A stretch of DNA of 64,000 nucleotides from Paramoeba atlantica (taxonomy: Eukaryota; Protista; Discosea): the NCBI GenBank assembly GCA_977017575.1, contig CDRNVI010000059.1, forward strand, positions 248,001 through 312,000, written 5' to 3'. Both the position numbers and the translations under genes were made by a program. Positions 1-10,601 of the stretch are shown in pieces. Position 1 is the stretch's first letter; each line of letters starts with the position of its first letter. The notes below the pieces were generated by a model. That model had not been told where the DNA came from and did not search any database. It saw only the letters and a program-made list of their open reading frames with translations.

Positions 1-3000
1 GACGTGTCTAACCAAAACAAAAACCTGTCCCTGAAAGGCACTCCCACAGACAGGGTTGCAAAACCTGCTACCCGAACCGTCCAGGCTCTCATATCCCAAA
101 AGAGCAATGAGTCCCTTACCAGCGACACAGGAGAAGCACCCCCAGCTCCATGCAAACATCCTTGTAAGGACAAAAGCACCTGCGGACACCCCTGTTGCAA
201 GCGGGGTGTAACGCGGCCACATATCCTGGTCACTCCTCACACAAACGAACTTCCCCCTCACCCCGTCCCCCCCACCACACAACAAACGGTTCCGGAATGC
301 AAACACCGCTGCAAGGACAAAGCTCACTGTGAACACCCATGCTGCAAACGACACCTGGTACGCGTAGCAAAACCGGATACGTACAACAATAAGAGAAGTG
401 ACGCACCGGTGGATGCAAGAGAAGACGTGAAGGTGATCACGGCTGTGAGTGTAATGCCGGTACAACGTAGCACACCCTGTAAGCATGTCTGTAAAAACAA
501 ACAGACCTGCGGGCACCCATGTTGCAAACGTAATCTTACACCAACAACATACGAACTCACGAGCACTACGGCGAGCGGTCAAGAATCCGGGCCCAAAGAA
601 GCTCCAAGTACGCGACAAAGGGACGAAACGTCACCGCCATGCACGCGTGACCGCGTAACACAGGATGTGAAAGTACCGAAATCAAGCAACCTACTTGGCA
701 TGGCAGCGCGAGCTGCAACACGATATCTGTTTTCAAGCCGCACTCAACCGTACGCTAACGGCACTCCCTCAACCCCGGCGGTAACCGTACGACCTCACAG
801 CAGCACCGGACAGGATCGCTTGTCGTACACAATAGCACCCTGTCCAAAAGACGAACACGATTTACATGTACCCCCACCCAAGGAGGTTATTCCCCATCAA
901 AAATCACCCACTGTTACCGTCGGTCGTGCCGTCGCATCAACTGCCTGCTCGCTTGCCAAATTCCTACTTTTCAACGGCGTTCCATGTCAAACTCCGGACT
1001 CCCAAAGCCTCCCCAAACCTAAATCTCAAACACAACTTCAGGTCCACGCCTTAACTAGCGTATGCAAGCATATCTGCAAGAGTAAAGATCAATGTAAGCA
1101 CGTGTGCTGCAAGCAAGGCCTAGGCCCCGCCTCCGAACAAGCAGACCGTGTCGAGCCCTGTAAGCATAAATGTAAGAACAAAGCAGGGTGCGGCCATCCT
1201 TGCTGCAAACGCACTGGCACACCGTTGACTTCGCTTGACACACCGATAAGCAAACTGGATGGGCAGGATACTCTACCCACCGGCCCATGTACCCTTCCCA
1301 AGAATCTCGTCACACCGTCCCTAAACGCAACCACTACGACAGCTGACCGTGCCGTTGCCAGGGAACCAACCATCCCGACTCCCAAAAACAAGGCACCGGA
1401 AAGTATCATTCTCTTGGTCTCATCTTCCCCAGCACACCAACACAGTCCGCGGAATGAGAATGGCGATGACGAAGTCCCATCCTGGGTTTTCCAACAAGCG
1501 CACAGCGTAGGGCGAATACAAAGCCCGCCGCTTGAACAAGGAAGCCTCTTACCCCCATCACAACTGGACACCCATTTACATTCGGACGAATCCGAGGGTC
1601 CCCAGATTCCCATACAAACTCCCGACAGCCCGTCACAGTATCTCCCGCCGCCCCAGGACCTCACGCATCCCGTAACCCATAACCGACACAAGCAACGTTT
1701 CCACTTTATCCAGTCCCGGTCAAAACCTGTCAAACTCCGCCTCGTCAACGACAACACATGGAGATATTTCCCGGATGTGCATGCAGCATGCGTAAGCCAA
1801 CTTGTGCGTAGTCGTATCCCTTCCCCCCAGGGGGCTGAAGCCGCCCTGTCCAAAGCGCTCAATGGGAAAAGTGCAGCACACGACATCGTCGTAGAAACGT
1901 GTACCGTAGACGAACTTATGGAAAAGAGAGCGTGTGACTTTTTAGAAGTTAGTAGAGTAGACTCAACAAGTCACATTTCTCGCCACGCGAACTGGGTATC
2001 TCTTTTTCACGACAGCCGCCTGGAATTATACAACCACTACGCATCACCTAGCTCAATGGGTAAAGCGGTAAACAAGGTACTGAACGGGAGAGCGGTCCCT
2101 GGGTTATCGGCGTTTCGGATCGTTCTGCTCCTTCGCACCGACGACAAAGAAGAAGTACAGCCATCAAAGCCCCAAACGGTCCCAACACTTCCACCATACG
2201 AGATTATTTCGCGTGACCACGCCTCCTCCTTGAAGCGGACGCACCCATGCCAACATCGATGCATAAGTAAACTCAAATGCAGCCATCCATGCTGCAAAAT
2301 CTATGGACCATCCCTCGATCAGGGAATCGAAGGAGACTCTGAGGGGAGCCCCAACGCAGGACAAGAGCAAGAACACCCCGAACTTAACCCCCCCACTTCC
2401 GCTTCCTCTCCGAGACTACTCGACGAGACGGAGTACCTTTTCCGCACGGCACGATACATCCAGGGGGGCAAGTTAAACATAAACTTGGCTGACGCGCACT
2501 GGCACGAGGTGGAACGTAGGGCCCTCCACAGATGCAACACCTTGCTCACTGTCTCTGGCGACGCACTCTCCGCCGTCCATAACGCAGAACTACTGAGTGC
2601 AATACTAGCGGTGTCGGCATATGAAGTGGCGCGAGACGTCGACTCCAGGAAGGGTTTCATTATCCGAACGGCTCGAGGACACATAAAGGGGAAAGTCCGT
2701 CCATTAGAAAGCGAAAAAGTTGCCTTTTCCTTCTCTCGACATGTAAAACAACTACAAATGAAGCTGCGATACACACACGGCAAGGCTCCCCGCATGGCGT
2801 TGAAACAAAAGATTAAGGAAACCAAAAAGGCGGAACGTATATACAGCGCAGAAGCCATGGCCCAAAAACGGGAACTGGAAAGTCGCTGGGCACTTCAACA
2901 ATTCAACCGCAATCCATGGACGGCTGCGAGTCAAACCTTGAACAAAAGGACAGAAGCAGAAAGTGTACCGGCCTATCCGACTTGCAATGTACAGAAAGTG

Positions 3001-5483
3001 GAAAGTGTGTTCACAACATTACTTACGGACCCCACTACAGTGCATCACTTACCACCCCACGACGTCCTCGGAAACCGTCCTCTGGCAGAAATGACCTGGG
3101 ACGAACTGGCTTCAATCGACATTTCGAACGCTCTCACATCAAAGAAAAACAGCAGTGCTCCAGGCCAGGACTCCATTACGTACCAGACTCTAAAGCGATG
3201 CCACAGCTCCCACACCCACATGGCAAACGTCTTCAACGCGCTAGTGCGCTTCAGCACATGTCCGACGTCGTGGAAAATATCCGTCACTCGCCTCATTTAC
3301 AAAAAAGGGGAGCCTGACAACCCACAAAACTGGCGTCCCATCGGCCTGACTAGCGTACTAGGGAAACTCCTGCATTCCATCATCAGCCGGAAAATGACGA
3401 AATTCCTACTTGAAGCCTCTGTCATTGACCCCAAGATACAGAAAGGCTTTCTCCCCGCCATTAACGGTACTCTCGAACATACGCAATCCCTCTCAGAGCT
3501 CCTACGCCACTACCGGAAGAACAAGTGGAACTACTGCATGGCCCAGCTAGACCTCAGTAACGCCTTTGGTTCAGTCCCCCGCAACATCATCTTTGAAGCA
3601 CTGGAATGGGCGAGAATCTCCCTAAACATTATTAAATACGTCCAATGCTTATACACTGACGCAAGTACCCGCATTAAATGCTACGAAGGTCTGTCCAGCG
3701 CGATCCCAGCTAAACGAGGTGTCTTACAAGGTGACACTCTCTCTCCTACGCTCTTTCTGGTGATTATGGAGCTAGCCCTACGTTACATGGCAAAATCGTT
3801 TCCCTCATTTGGATTGAACCTCCCTGGATTTCCAAAAAGCTTCCTAAAAGCGTACGCCGACGATCTCACGGTCCTGACGAATAGTGAAAAAGAAATGCAA
3901 CTGGCTGTTGAAACACTATCCACGGTACTCAGTTCGCTTGGCCTTTCCATCAACGTCAAAAAGTGCAGAGTCCAATATATGGCGTCCAAGAAAAATGATG
4001 AACACCCCGCCTACATGACACGACGTCCCCAAATTTTCATCAAGAACGAAGCTATACCGCATATATGCGACGAAGGAAGTACGTTTCTTGGCATGAATAT
4101 TGCCCCCGGTTCTCAACAATCCCGAGCCCTTTTCACGAAAGTTAGGCCCTTATTGAAGCGATGGCTTCATAACATTGACCAGTCGGCCCACGACCTCCCA
4201 TCAAAAATTTGGATATATCAACACGCAATCATCTCTCGGCTACGCTTCACCTTTACTATACACCCATGTATCACGCTCAACTTTATTTTACGCCTTCAGA
4301 AAATGTGTACTCACTCCCTGAAACGGTGGATCAATGCGGCTAGAACTACATGCAGCGAAGCAATCTACTCTCAGCGTGGATGGAACATCTGCAGCTTGTC
4401 CAGACTCTGGGAGGACTGTACAGCTGATCTTCTCTGTCAAATGAAGCGGTCCCGAGACCCGAACGTTACGTCCGCACTGCAGGAAAGAATACGGGCTGAA
4501 GAACATAAGCGCAGGAAAGGCCAAATTCGACCAGCATGTGACATCACACACATACTGGAGGATCGCGACCTCGCAAAACGAACTCTTCTTGAGCTTAATG
4601 AGGACCGAATGATCAACGCACTACGCCGCAGGTCAACGTTCGCTATTCAGTGGTGGGATATAGCCTCCGAGGAAGAACAGGCGAAAGATTTCAGCGCCGC
4701 GATAAACGGACTACGTAGCACTTCCCTTAGCCGCTTCGCAACTTCTTTAATGGTACAAAACACTCTCCCTACTAGGACAATGCTGAGGACATGGGGAATT
4801 CACGGCACAGATACAGTACAATGCCGAATTTGTAAACAAGAACCGGAAACATTACGACACCTCTTATCCTCGTGCAAGGTATCACTAGAACAGGGACGTT
4901 ACACATATCGCCATGATTGTGTACTCTCCACCTTTGCAAACGCGATACTCTCTTCCCCCCATACCGCAGAGGCACATTTTGATCTCCCACACCTACGTCA
5001 ACTACCCGCATGGTGGTCCGACCTGGAAACACAGCTTCGCCCAGATGGAATCGTCAAACTCAACGACGGAACTGAATTTATCGTTGAGTTGACGATGCCC
5101 TGGGAGGAAAACGTACACGAAGCCCACTGCCGAAAAGTAGAAAAGTACATAAATATTCTACACCGACGAAAAATAAGGTACTCAGACTGCCACTTGATAT
5201 GCTTTGAAGTTGGAGCTAGAGGTCTCCCTTCTACGACGCTGCGTCACATCAACCGTCTCTTTTTGGGTGACAAGGCACTCTCAGATAAGTGCCGTGTCGA
5301 AGTCATCCGAACGGCGATCCGGAGCAGCTTTCAACTCTGGCTGAAAAGGGAATCCCCTTTATGGGACAACCAAAGCTTTGGTTAGCAAATGGTCTAGCAG
5401 GCGACGTCATATGCGTACGTCCTGTTAGACTTTATTACTCTACAGGTAATGCCCTGTATAGATATAATTATAATTAATTATTT
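1..5483 (+). mobile_element. RLE-type non-LTR retrotransposon, HERO-like clade; 5' end outside the window
   Basis: Single ORF with RT followed by CCHC knuckle and restriction-like endonuclease; ~100 bp 3' UTR with hairpins (e.g. TACAGG-taatgc-CCTGTA) ending in an AATT-rich tail that abuts an LRR gene fragment. Confidence 0.92.
4..5385 (+). CDS. Retrotransposon polyprotein: 6 CxHxCxxKxxCxHxCC fingers, RT, CCHC knuckle, RLE endonuclease; reading frame open at the 5' edge
   Basis: RT motifs SAPGQDSI, NWRPIGL, QKGF, DLSNAFGSV, GVLQGDTLSP, AYADD; C-terminal CRICKQEPETLRHLLSSC, QGRYTYRHDCVL, LRPDGIV, ELTMPWEE, RKVEKY, EVGARG, LWLKR resemble the HERO consensus. No internal stops in 1793 codons. Confidence 0.95.
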   Translation: MSNQNKNLSLKGTPTDRVAKPATRTVQALISQKSNESLTSDTGEAPPAPCKHPCKDKSTCGHPCCKRGVTRPHILVTPHTNELPPHPVPPTTQQTVPECKHRCKDKAHCEHPCCKRHLVRVAKPDTYNNKRSDAPVDAREDVKVITAVSVMPVQRSTPCKHVCKNKQTCGHPCCKRNLTPTTYELTSTTASGQESGPKEAPSTRQRDETSPPCTRDRVTQDVKVPKSSNLLGMAARAATRYLFSSRTQPYANGTPSTPAVTVRPHSSTGQDRLSYTIAPCPKDEHDLHVPPPKEVIPHQKSPTVTVGRAVASTACSLAKFLLFNGVPCQTPDSQSLPKPKSQTQLQVHALTSVCKHICKSKDQCKHVCCKQGLGPASEQADRVEPCKHKCKNKAGCGHPCCKRTGTPLTSLDTPISKLDGQDTLPTGPCTLPKNLVTPSLNATTTTADRAVAREPTIPTPKNKAPESIILLVSSSPAHQHSPRNENGDDEVPSWVFQQAHSVGRIQSPPLEQGSLLPPSQLDTHLHSDESEGPQIPIQTPDSPSQYLPPPQDLTHPVTHNRHKQRFHFIQSRSKPVKLRLVNDNTWRYFPDVHAACVSQLVRSRIPSPQGAEAALSKALNGKSAAHDIVVETCTVDELMEKRACDFLEVSRVDSTSHISRHANWVSLFHDSRLELYNHYASPSSMGKAVNKVLNGRAVPGLSAFRIVLLLRTDDKEEVQPSKPQTVPTLPPYEIISRDHASSLKRTHPCQHRCISKLKCSHPCCKIYGPSLDQGIEGDSEGSPNAGQEQEHPELNPPTSASSPRLLDETEYLFRTARYIQGGKLNINLADAHWHEVERRALHRCNTLLTVSGDALSAVHNAELLSAILAVSAYEVARDVDSRKGFIIRTARGHIKGKVRPLESEKVAFSFSRHVKQLQMKLRYTHGKAPRMALKQKIKETKKAERIYSAEAMAQKRELESRWALQQFNRNPWTAASQTLNKRTEAESVPAYPTCNVQKVESVFTTLLTDPTTVHHLPPHDVLGNRPLAEMTWDELASIDISNALTSKKNSSAPGQDSITYQTLKRCHSSHTHMANVFNALVRFSTCPTSWKISVTRLIYKKGEPDNPQNWRPIGLTSVLGKLLHSIISRKMTKFLLEASVIDPKIQKGFLPAINGTLEHTQSLSELLRHYRKNKWNYCMAQLDLSNAFGSVPRNIIFEALEWARISLNIIKYVQCLYTDASTRIKCYEGLSSAIPAKRGVLQGDTLSPTLFLVIMELALRYMAKSFPSFGLNLPGFPKSFLKAYADDLTVLTNSEKEMQLAVETLSTVLSSLGLSINVKKCRVQYMASKKNDEHPAYMTRRPQIFIKNEAIPHICDEGSTFLGMNIAPGSQQSRALFTKVRPLLKRWLHNIDQSAHDLPSKIWIYQHAIISRLRFTFTIHPCITLNFILRLQKMCTHSLKRWINAARTTCSEAIYSQRGWNICSLSRLWEDCTADLLCQMKRSRDPNVTSALQERIRAEEHKRRKGQIRPACDITHILEDRDLAKRTLLELNEDRMINALRRRSTFAIQWWDIASEEEQAKDFSAAINGLRSTSLSRFATSLMVQNTLPTRTMLRTWGIHGTDTVQCRICKQEPETLRHLLSSCKVSLEQGRYTYRHDCVLSTFANAILSSPHTAEAHFDLPHLRQLPAWWSDLETQLRPDGIVKLNDGTEFIVELTMPWEENVHEAHCRKVEKYINILHRRKIRYSDCHLICFEVGARGLPSTTLRHINRLFLGDKALSDKCRVEVIRTAIRSSFQLWLKRESPLWDNQSFG

Positions 5484-5774
5484 AGTATGAATGAGTGTAG
5501 CGGATCACTGGATTTAACGCGCTTGCCCCCTACTCTTAAATCCCTATATCTCGATGATAATAGATTCAAAGGTGAAATTGATCTCACGTGTCTTCCGTTG
5601 TCGATACGCGAAATCTCCTTGTGCTACAATGAGCTATGCGGTGAGCCGGACGTCACGAAGCTTCCGGAACATGTATTCGAAGTTGACCTTTCTCACAACC
5701 ACTTTACATGGCATGGAGACGTACCATCAATAGTTATTATTTGGGATGAAGAGGAGACAAAAGCAATCGGTTAG
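5484..5774 (+). pseudogene. 3' remnant of an LRR gene interrupted by the retrotransposon
   Basis: AGTATGAATGAGTGTAGCGGATCACTGGATTTAACG aligns with AGTATGAATCAGTGTAGTGGATCATTGGATTTGACG at ~11950; downstream protein is a close paralog of 11836-12210. Confidence 0.85.
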
Positions 5775-6135
5775 GTGAGGGTAAAGCACTTGTAGATCTT
5801 TGAAGTTTTGCTATAAAAACGGCCTTTTCAGTTTTGCCGACACATTAGTATCAATGCAATGTCTACCATTCTGTACTATACATTATAAAAGGCTACATAC
5901 GTTTCTCCCATTCAGCCGGTCATTAATCTAATCAGATCAAATTGATTCAATCGTTCTGAAATGCATTTTTCTGTCCCGAGGACCAGTGGCGCACTTCCGC
6001 CGCGATTGACACAAGCAGACAATACTTTGCAACAAAAATGACGAAAACTGATAAAAGAGGCGTTGAATTTCTCAGTATGGAAAACGTTTTTCAAACACAA
6101 GTACGAAAAAACCAATTTCCTTTTTTTTTGTTTCT

Positions 6136-6888
6136 TTGCTTTGCTTGCACATGTATCTGACGTCTGCAGCTGATATTCCACGTGCAGTACGCGCGGGTAA
6201 GGTACGTGGAAATTTGGGTCAGGAATATCAACTTGAACGATTTGTACATAATCTGACACAGCGACATCCATCATGGACCTCAGAGACTCCCGCGTGTAAG
6301 TGGTACGGAGTCAGTTGTCGAGACCAAGAAGTATTTTCGATTGATTGGGAAAAGGAAAAATTACGTGGTAGTTTTGAGTTTTCGGGTTTGCCTCCGAGTA
6401 CAGCACGATTTTTGTGTTCTAAAAATCGTGTCTTTGGTTTTTTGCCACTTCTTGAATTTCCTTCCTCTCTCTTGCGAGTTGTCGTTGCGGCGAACCAGTT
6501 TTCGGGCCTCTTAAATTTGAATGACTTGTGGTCCACAGTTATTTATTTTGAGGCACACGTAAATGTGCTTTCTGGAGCTCTAGACTTTTCTACGCTCCCA
6601 CTTGATTTGCGGGAATTGCGTTTAGCTAAGAATAACTTTGACGGCGAGCTCCACCTGGTGACAGGACGCGTGTTACAAAATTTGCAAGTTCTTGACCTCT
6701 CTTATAACTCATTCAATGGTGCGCTTCGTTTAAATGGACTGTGGGCGCCTGCTTTACAACTTTCACTACAAGGGAATCATTTTATTGCTGCACAGGAACT
6801 TCGTAATGTTTCACTTTCCCGTTTGAAGGTAAGTAATTCGCTAAGAAATCTCGTACGATACTCTTCCATGCACGTAGAATACGAATAG
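6136..6888 (+). CDS. LRR family protein; start codon uncertain
   Basis: Cap PSWTSETPACKWYGVSC, then LxxLxLxxNxFxG repeats. Confidence 0.8.
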   Translation: MLCLHMYLTSAADIPRAVRAGKVRGNLGQEYQLERFVHNLTQRHPSWTSETPACKWYGVSCRDQEVFSIDWEKEKLRGSFEFSGLPPSTARFLCSKNRVFGFLPLLEFPSSLLRVVVAANQFSGLLNLNDLWSTVIYFEAHVNVLSGALDFSTLPLDLRELRLAKNNFDGELHLVTGRVLQNLQVLDLSYNSFNGALRLNGLWAPALQLSLQGNHFIAAQELRNVSLSRLKVSNSLRNLVRYSSMHVEYE

Positions 6889-7420
6889 GAGTTCGTATAG
6901 TTTGCGTGTACAGTATTAGTAAATTTGGTTAGACTGAAGCAATGTGAATACAATGTCTTGTAAAAATTATAATCGTCTTTATAATCGTTTTGTAATCTTT
7001 ATAATCGTTCCCCTAGTTTTTCCTAGTTTTTGGACCCAGAGAGCACAAAGTTGTGTCTTTTTGTGTACCAACCTTTTTGTGTCCACCGTCTTCCACGATC
7101 AGTTTGAATTGCATTGATTGCCTTTTACACAGCCTCACGTAGTCCATTCTGATCCTCGGGCTCAAAAAAATATCGGCCTTAAAAATACTTGATTTCCTCT
7201 AGTTACAAAAAAAAATCTCCTATGGAAAATTATCAAAATAAAGCAAAACCGAATAAAAGTTTAATCTTTAGAATTTCATGACGCAGACTGTATATTTCAT
7301 AAAAAGTGTATGATTTTGTTTTTACCGATCAAAATTAGCGTTCTAAACGGAATTACATATGTAGGTGGCAAGAAGTATGACATTCCAGAAAGATAGCACG
7401 CGACACCTTTAGTTCTTTTC

Positions 7421-9484
7421 ATGTACCGCGCGTTTTCCATTACTCACAAGTCCTGGTCTTCCTCCTGCGGGACGACTTCCTCACATGCGTCCAGTCGATA
7501 CCACCTCACGGGTATGGCACAGCCCTTAGCCAAAATTCTACACGCCAAAGCTACCCTTCATCGTGAAAGGATTCAAAAACTACGAAAGGAGAAGGGCAAT
7601 GAGAGTCTGGGACCCATCACAGTTGACTCGTTGTATAACGGCGCACGTGGGCTCACGTGTCTTCCCCATGAGCCTTCGACGTTGGACCCTCTGGAGGGCA
7701 TTCGCTACCGTGGTATGAGCCTTGCGGCGTGCCGAAACAAACTGCTAGATTGCTCCGAGATTGGCACCGAGCCGCGGCCGGAGGCGTTGTTCTGGCTCCT
7801 GCTCACAGGAGAACTCCCCCATGCGGATGAGCTGCGTGAGCTCTCTGCGGATCTCCACGGGCGAAGCACCGAAAGTACCACACTACCCTCGGTGCTGTCC
7901 TTTCTCGAGACCCTCCCTCGCTCCATGCCCCCGATCACACAACTCACCATCGCACTGCTCGCGCTCCAACCCCACTCCTTACTCGCGCTCGCCCAAACGG
8001 AGGGCAAAGCCACCAAACGAAACACCCCCGATTTCATGCTCGAGGACGCCCTTAACTGTGTGGCCTGGGTCCCCGTCCTGGCCGCCGCGATCTACCGCAG
8101 GCACTGCGCTCCTGTGGATTCCAACGACACCCTCCCCCCTTCCGAACCAACCCACAACACCTCCTCAACAGAATCTCCCCTCTTCGAGACCACACCCTAT
8201 TCTATTTCAAACCGTGAAACCCATGAGGGGGAAACCCATGAGGGTAACAACAATAACCATACGAACAACGCTACTCCTCTAAACCCCTTCCCCTCTTTAT
8301 CCCACCCACGACCTCAAAATCCTCAAGACCACAACTCTCTTCACCTTCACGACAACACCTTGGAGAGCTCACAAAACACACGACCCACGAGTCGTACTCC
8401 AAATTCGTCGGCTCTCTCCTCCGATCCCTCTTTGGGGTCTTCTTGTGAGTCTTCGTGTGAGTCTTCTTGTGAGTCTTCGTGTGAGTCTTGTGAGTCTTCC
8501 GAGGCTCTGGGCTCGGACTGGACCGCGGCCTTTGCCCGTGGACTCTCTCTCCACGGTTCTGGGGCCCACGACCTGCTCCGGCTCTTCCTCTTCGTCCACG
8601 CCTGCCACGACGGGGGGAGTCTCTCCACCCATGTGGCCTCGATGGTCGGGGGGGCGCGGGGGGATGTGTTTCTGTGTCTCTCCAGCGCCTGTGCCGCCCT
8701 GGGCGCCCCCGGGCACGGGGGGAACATGGCGCAGGGGCTGGAGTTTTTACACGCCCTGCAGTGTACGTTGCGGAGGAAGAATAGAGGGGTTGGAGGGGGA
8801 GGTTTAGAGGTTGGGGGATTTGCCCCGCATTCGGCTACGAAGAGGGTAAATGCCTCCATCTCTTCTTCCTCCTCTTCTTCCCCTCTTTCTTTTTGTTCCT
8901 CTTCTTCCTCTTCTTCTTCTGTTTCCGGGGACGAGGGTCTCCGTTCGATTCTCTCCGAACTCACGTGGGAGTATTACCACAACGGAGCGGACCACATCCC
9001 CGGCTACGGCCATGCGGTGCTTCGAGGCCCCGATCCGCGATACGATCTGCTCTATCGCTTCGCCTCGCAGCACTGTGGGGGTAACCCCTACTTTCGCATT
9101 CTCCAGCAGATCCACCCGATCATGCCGGAGGTGTTAGCGCGGCATGGGCGCGGGGGTAATCCGCATGCCACATCGGATGCCATCTCGGGGCTGTTGTTGG
9201 CCCATTACGGGATGAGGGGAAGGCAGTCGTTGTCTTCTTCATCTTTTTCTTCATCTTCTTCTTTTATTCACTTCTTTCCCGTGCTGTTGGCCGTAAGCCG
9301 ACAGCTCGGGATTGTGAGTGGGTTGGTTTGGGACCGCATGGGTCGACGCCCGGTGGAACGGCCGCGGTCGGTGTCGGTGGGGGAGCTGGGGCGGCGGTTT
9401 CAAATCACAGAGAGGGGGGAGGGGAAAATGGGGCAGAGGGGGAAAATGGGGGAGAAAGGGGAGAGGGGGGAGAAAGAGGGGTAG
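7421..9484 (+). CDS. CS: Divergent eukaryote-type citrate synthase with low-complexity insertions
   Basis: LDPLEGIRYRG, PEALFWLLLTGELP, PGYGHAVLRGPDPRY, SDAISG, VSRQLG, ERPRS. Confidence 0.88.
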   Translation: MYRAFSITHKSWSSSCGTTSSHASSRYHLTGMAQPLAKILHAKATLHRERIQKLRKEKGNESLGPITVDSLYNGARGLTCLPHEPSTLDPLEGIRYRGMSLAACRNKLLDCSEIGTEPRPEALFWLLLTGELPHADELRELSADLHGRSTESTTLPSVLSFLETLPRSMPPITQLTIALLALQPHSLLALAQTEGKATKRNTPDFMLEDALNCVAWVPVLAAAIYRRHCAPVDSNDTLPPSEPTHNTSSTESPLFETTPYSISNRETHEGETHEGNNNNHTNNATPLNPFPSLSHPRPQNPQDHNSLHLHDNTLESSQNTRPTSRTPNSSALSSDPSLGSSCESSCESSCESSCESCESSEALGSDWTAAFARGLSLHGSGAHDLLRLFLFVHACHDGGSLSTHVASMVGGARGDVFLCLSSACAALGAPGHGGNMAQGLEFLHALQCTLRRKNRGVGGGGLEVGGFAPHSATKRVNASISSSSSSSPLSFCSSSSSSSSVSGDEGLRSILSELTWEYYHNGADHIPGYGHAVLRGPDPRYDLLYRFASQHCGGNPYFRILQQIHPIMPEVLARHGRGGNPHATSDAISGLLLAHYGMRGRQSLSSSSFSSSSSFIHFFPVLLAVSRQLGIVSGLVWDRMGRRPVERPRSVSVGELGRRFQITERGEGKMGQRGKMGEKGERGEKEG

Positions 9485-9953
9485 GGGTAGGTGGGGGTGA
9501 GGTGGGAAAAGGGAGTTGTAGCAGGATAGAGGAGGGAAAATAGATTGTTGTTTACGAGTAGAAGATGCAATAGAGGACAAGTGTTTGCATCGCTACAGGG
9601 GTCATTATAAATTTGTAGTTGGGTGGGGACGTTTAGACAAACTTATGGATAATGATAGGTTTTTGAATTCACTTGTTTTTGTTATGATTTCTTGTCCAGA
9701 TCCCTAGTAGTAGTATTAGGAGTTGAGTTTGTTGTATTTTTTACATGATTTTTACTGTTTTTCAATGCAGCAGGATATTTAGACAGATCCCCATTGAATT
9801 CCTAGTCTTTTTAGATATCACTTTGTTTTCCTGAAAAATTATTATAGCGTTGGTTTTTTTGAAAATCTATTTAACCATTCTTTTCGCTAATAAACTTCAC
9901 AATAAAAAATGAATAGTTTGAATCCATTTCCTTAACAAGCTTATTCTCTTACT

Positions 9954-10385
9954 ATGACGAAAGCACACGGAATTAACGCGGGACGTAAACTTGTTCGTCT
10001 GCGTCGTGAGAATCGCTGGGCCGACAAGAAATACAAAAAGCGTCACTTGGGCACCGCATTGAAAGCTAATCCCTTCGGAGGGTCCAGTCACGCCAAAGGG
10101 ATTGTCCTGGAAAAAATTGGTGTTGAAGCCAAGCAGCCCAACTCTGCCATCCGAAAGTGTGTACGAGTCCAACTGATCAAAAACGGAAAGCGTATTATCG
10201 CGTTCTGTCCCCGCGATGGATCGCTGCACTTTATGGAAGAAAATGACCAGGTCCTCGTCGCGGGTCTCGGACGTAGTGGTCACGCTGTCGGAGATATTCC
10301 CGGGGTTCGATTCAAGGTTGTGAAGGTAAGTTCCGTGGGGCTCTACTCTCTCTTCCGTGGCAAACGTGAGAAGCCACATCACTAA
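9954..10385 (+). CDS. RPS23: 40S ribosomal protein S23 (uS12)
   Basis: 143 aa; [37 protein letters not shown]. Confidence 0.99.
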   Translation: MTKAHGINAGRKLVRLRRENRWADKKYKKRHLGTALKANPFGGSSHAKGIVLEKIGVEAKQPNSAIRKCVRVQLIKNGKRIIAFCPRDGSLHFMEENDQVLVAGLGRSGHAVGDIPGVRFKVVKVSSVGLYSLFRGKREKPHH

Positions 10386-10550
10386 ACAGAGGACTTTCCT
10401 GTAAGAATAAAGACGAAGAAAGTTTTGAGAATGGTAGTTTATACATAAAGTTAAGCGTAAAGTCATTCAAATCGCGTTATTAGTTCATCCGGAGAGTAAC
10501 AACATCCACGCAAACATTTTTTAATCTCGACTCCTATTTTTACCATTTTA

Positions 10551-10601
10551 TTTTACCCTTTTATCCCTTTTTTATCCCCTTCTTTTTTTCTTTTTCCTTA
10601 G
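10551..10601 (+). promoter_or_regulatory. Polypyrimidine tract + AG, probable trans-splice acceptor for MBF1
   Basis: ttatcccttttttatccccttcttttttctttttccttAG about 60 bp before the ATG; similar tracts precede dynamin (AG 16673-74) and SAR1 (AG 37509-10). Confidence 0.55.

Noticed and set aside
7705-9580. Many overlapping ORFs in GC-rich genes (also within dynamin, UPF1, methyltransferase, helicase)
   Set aside because: Shadow frames of biased, low-complexity coding DNA with no motifs.
9897-10466. 189-aa minus ORF
   Set aside because: Antisense shadow of RPS23.
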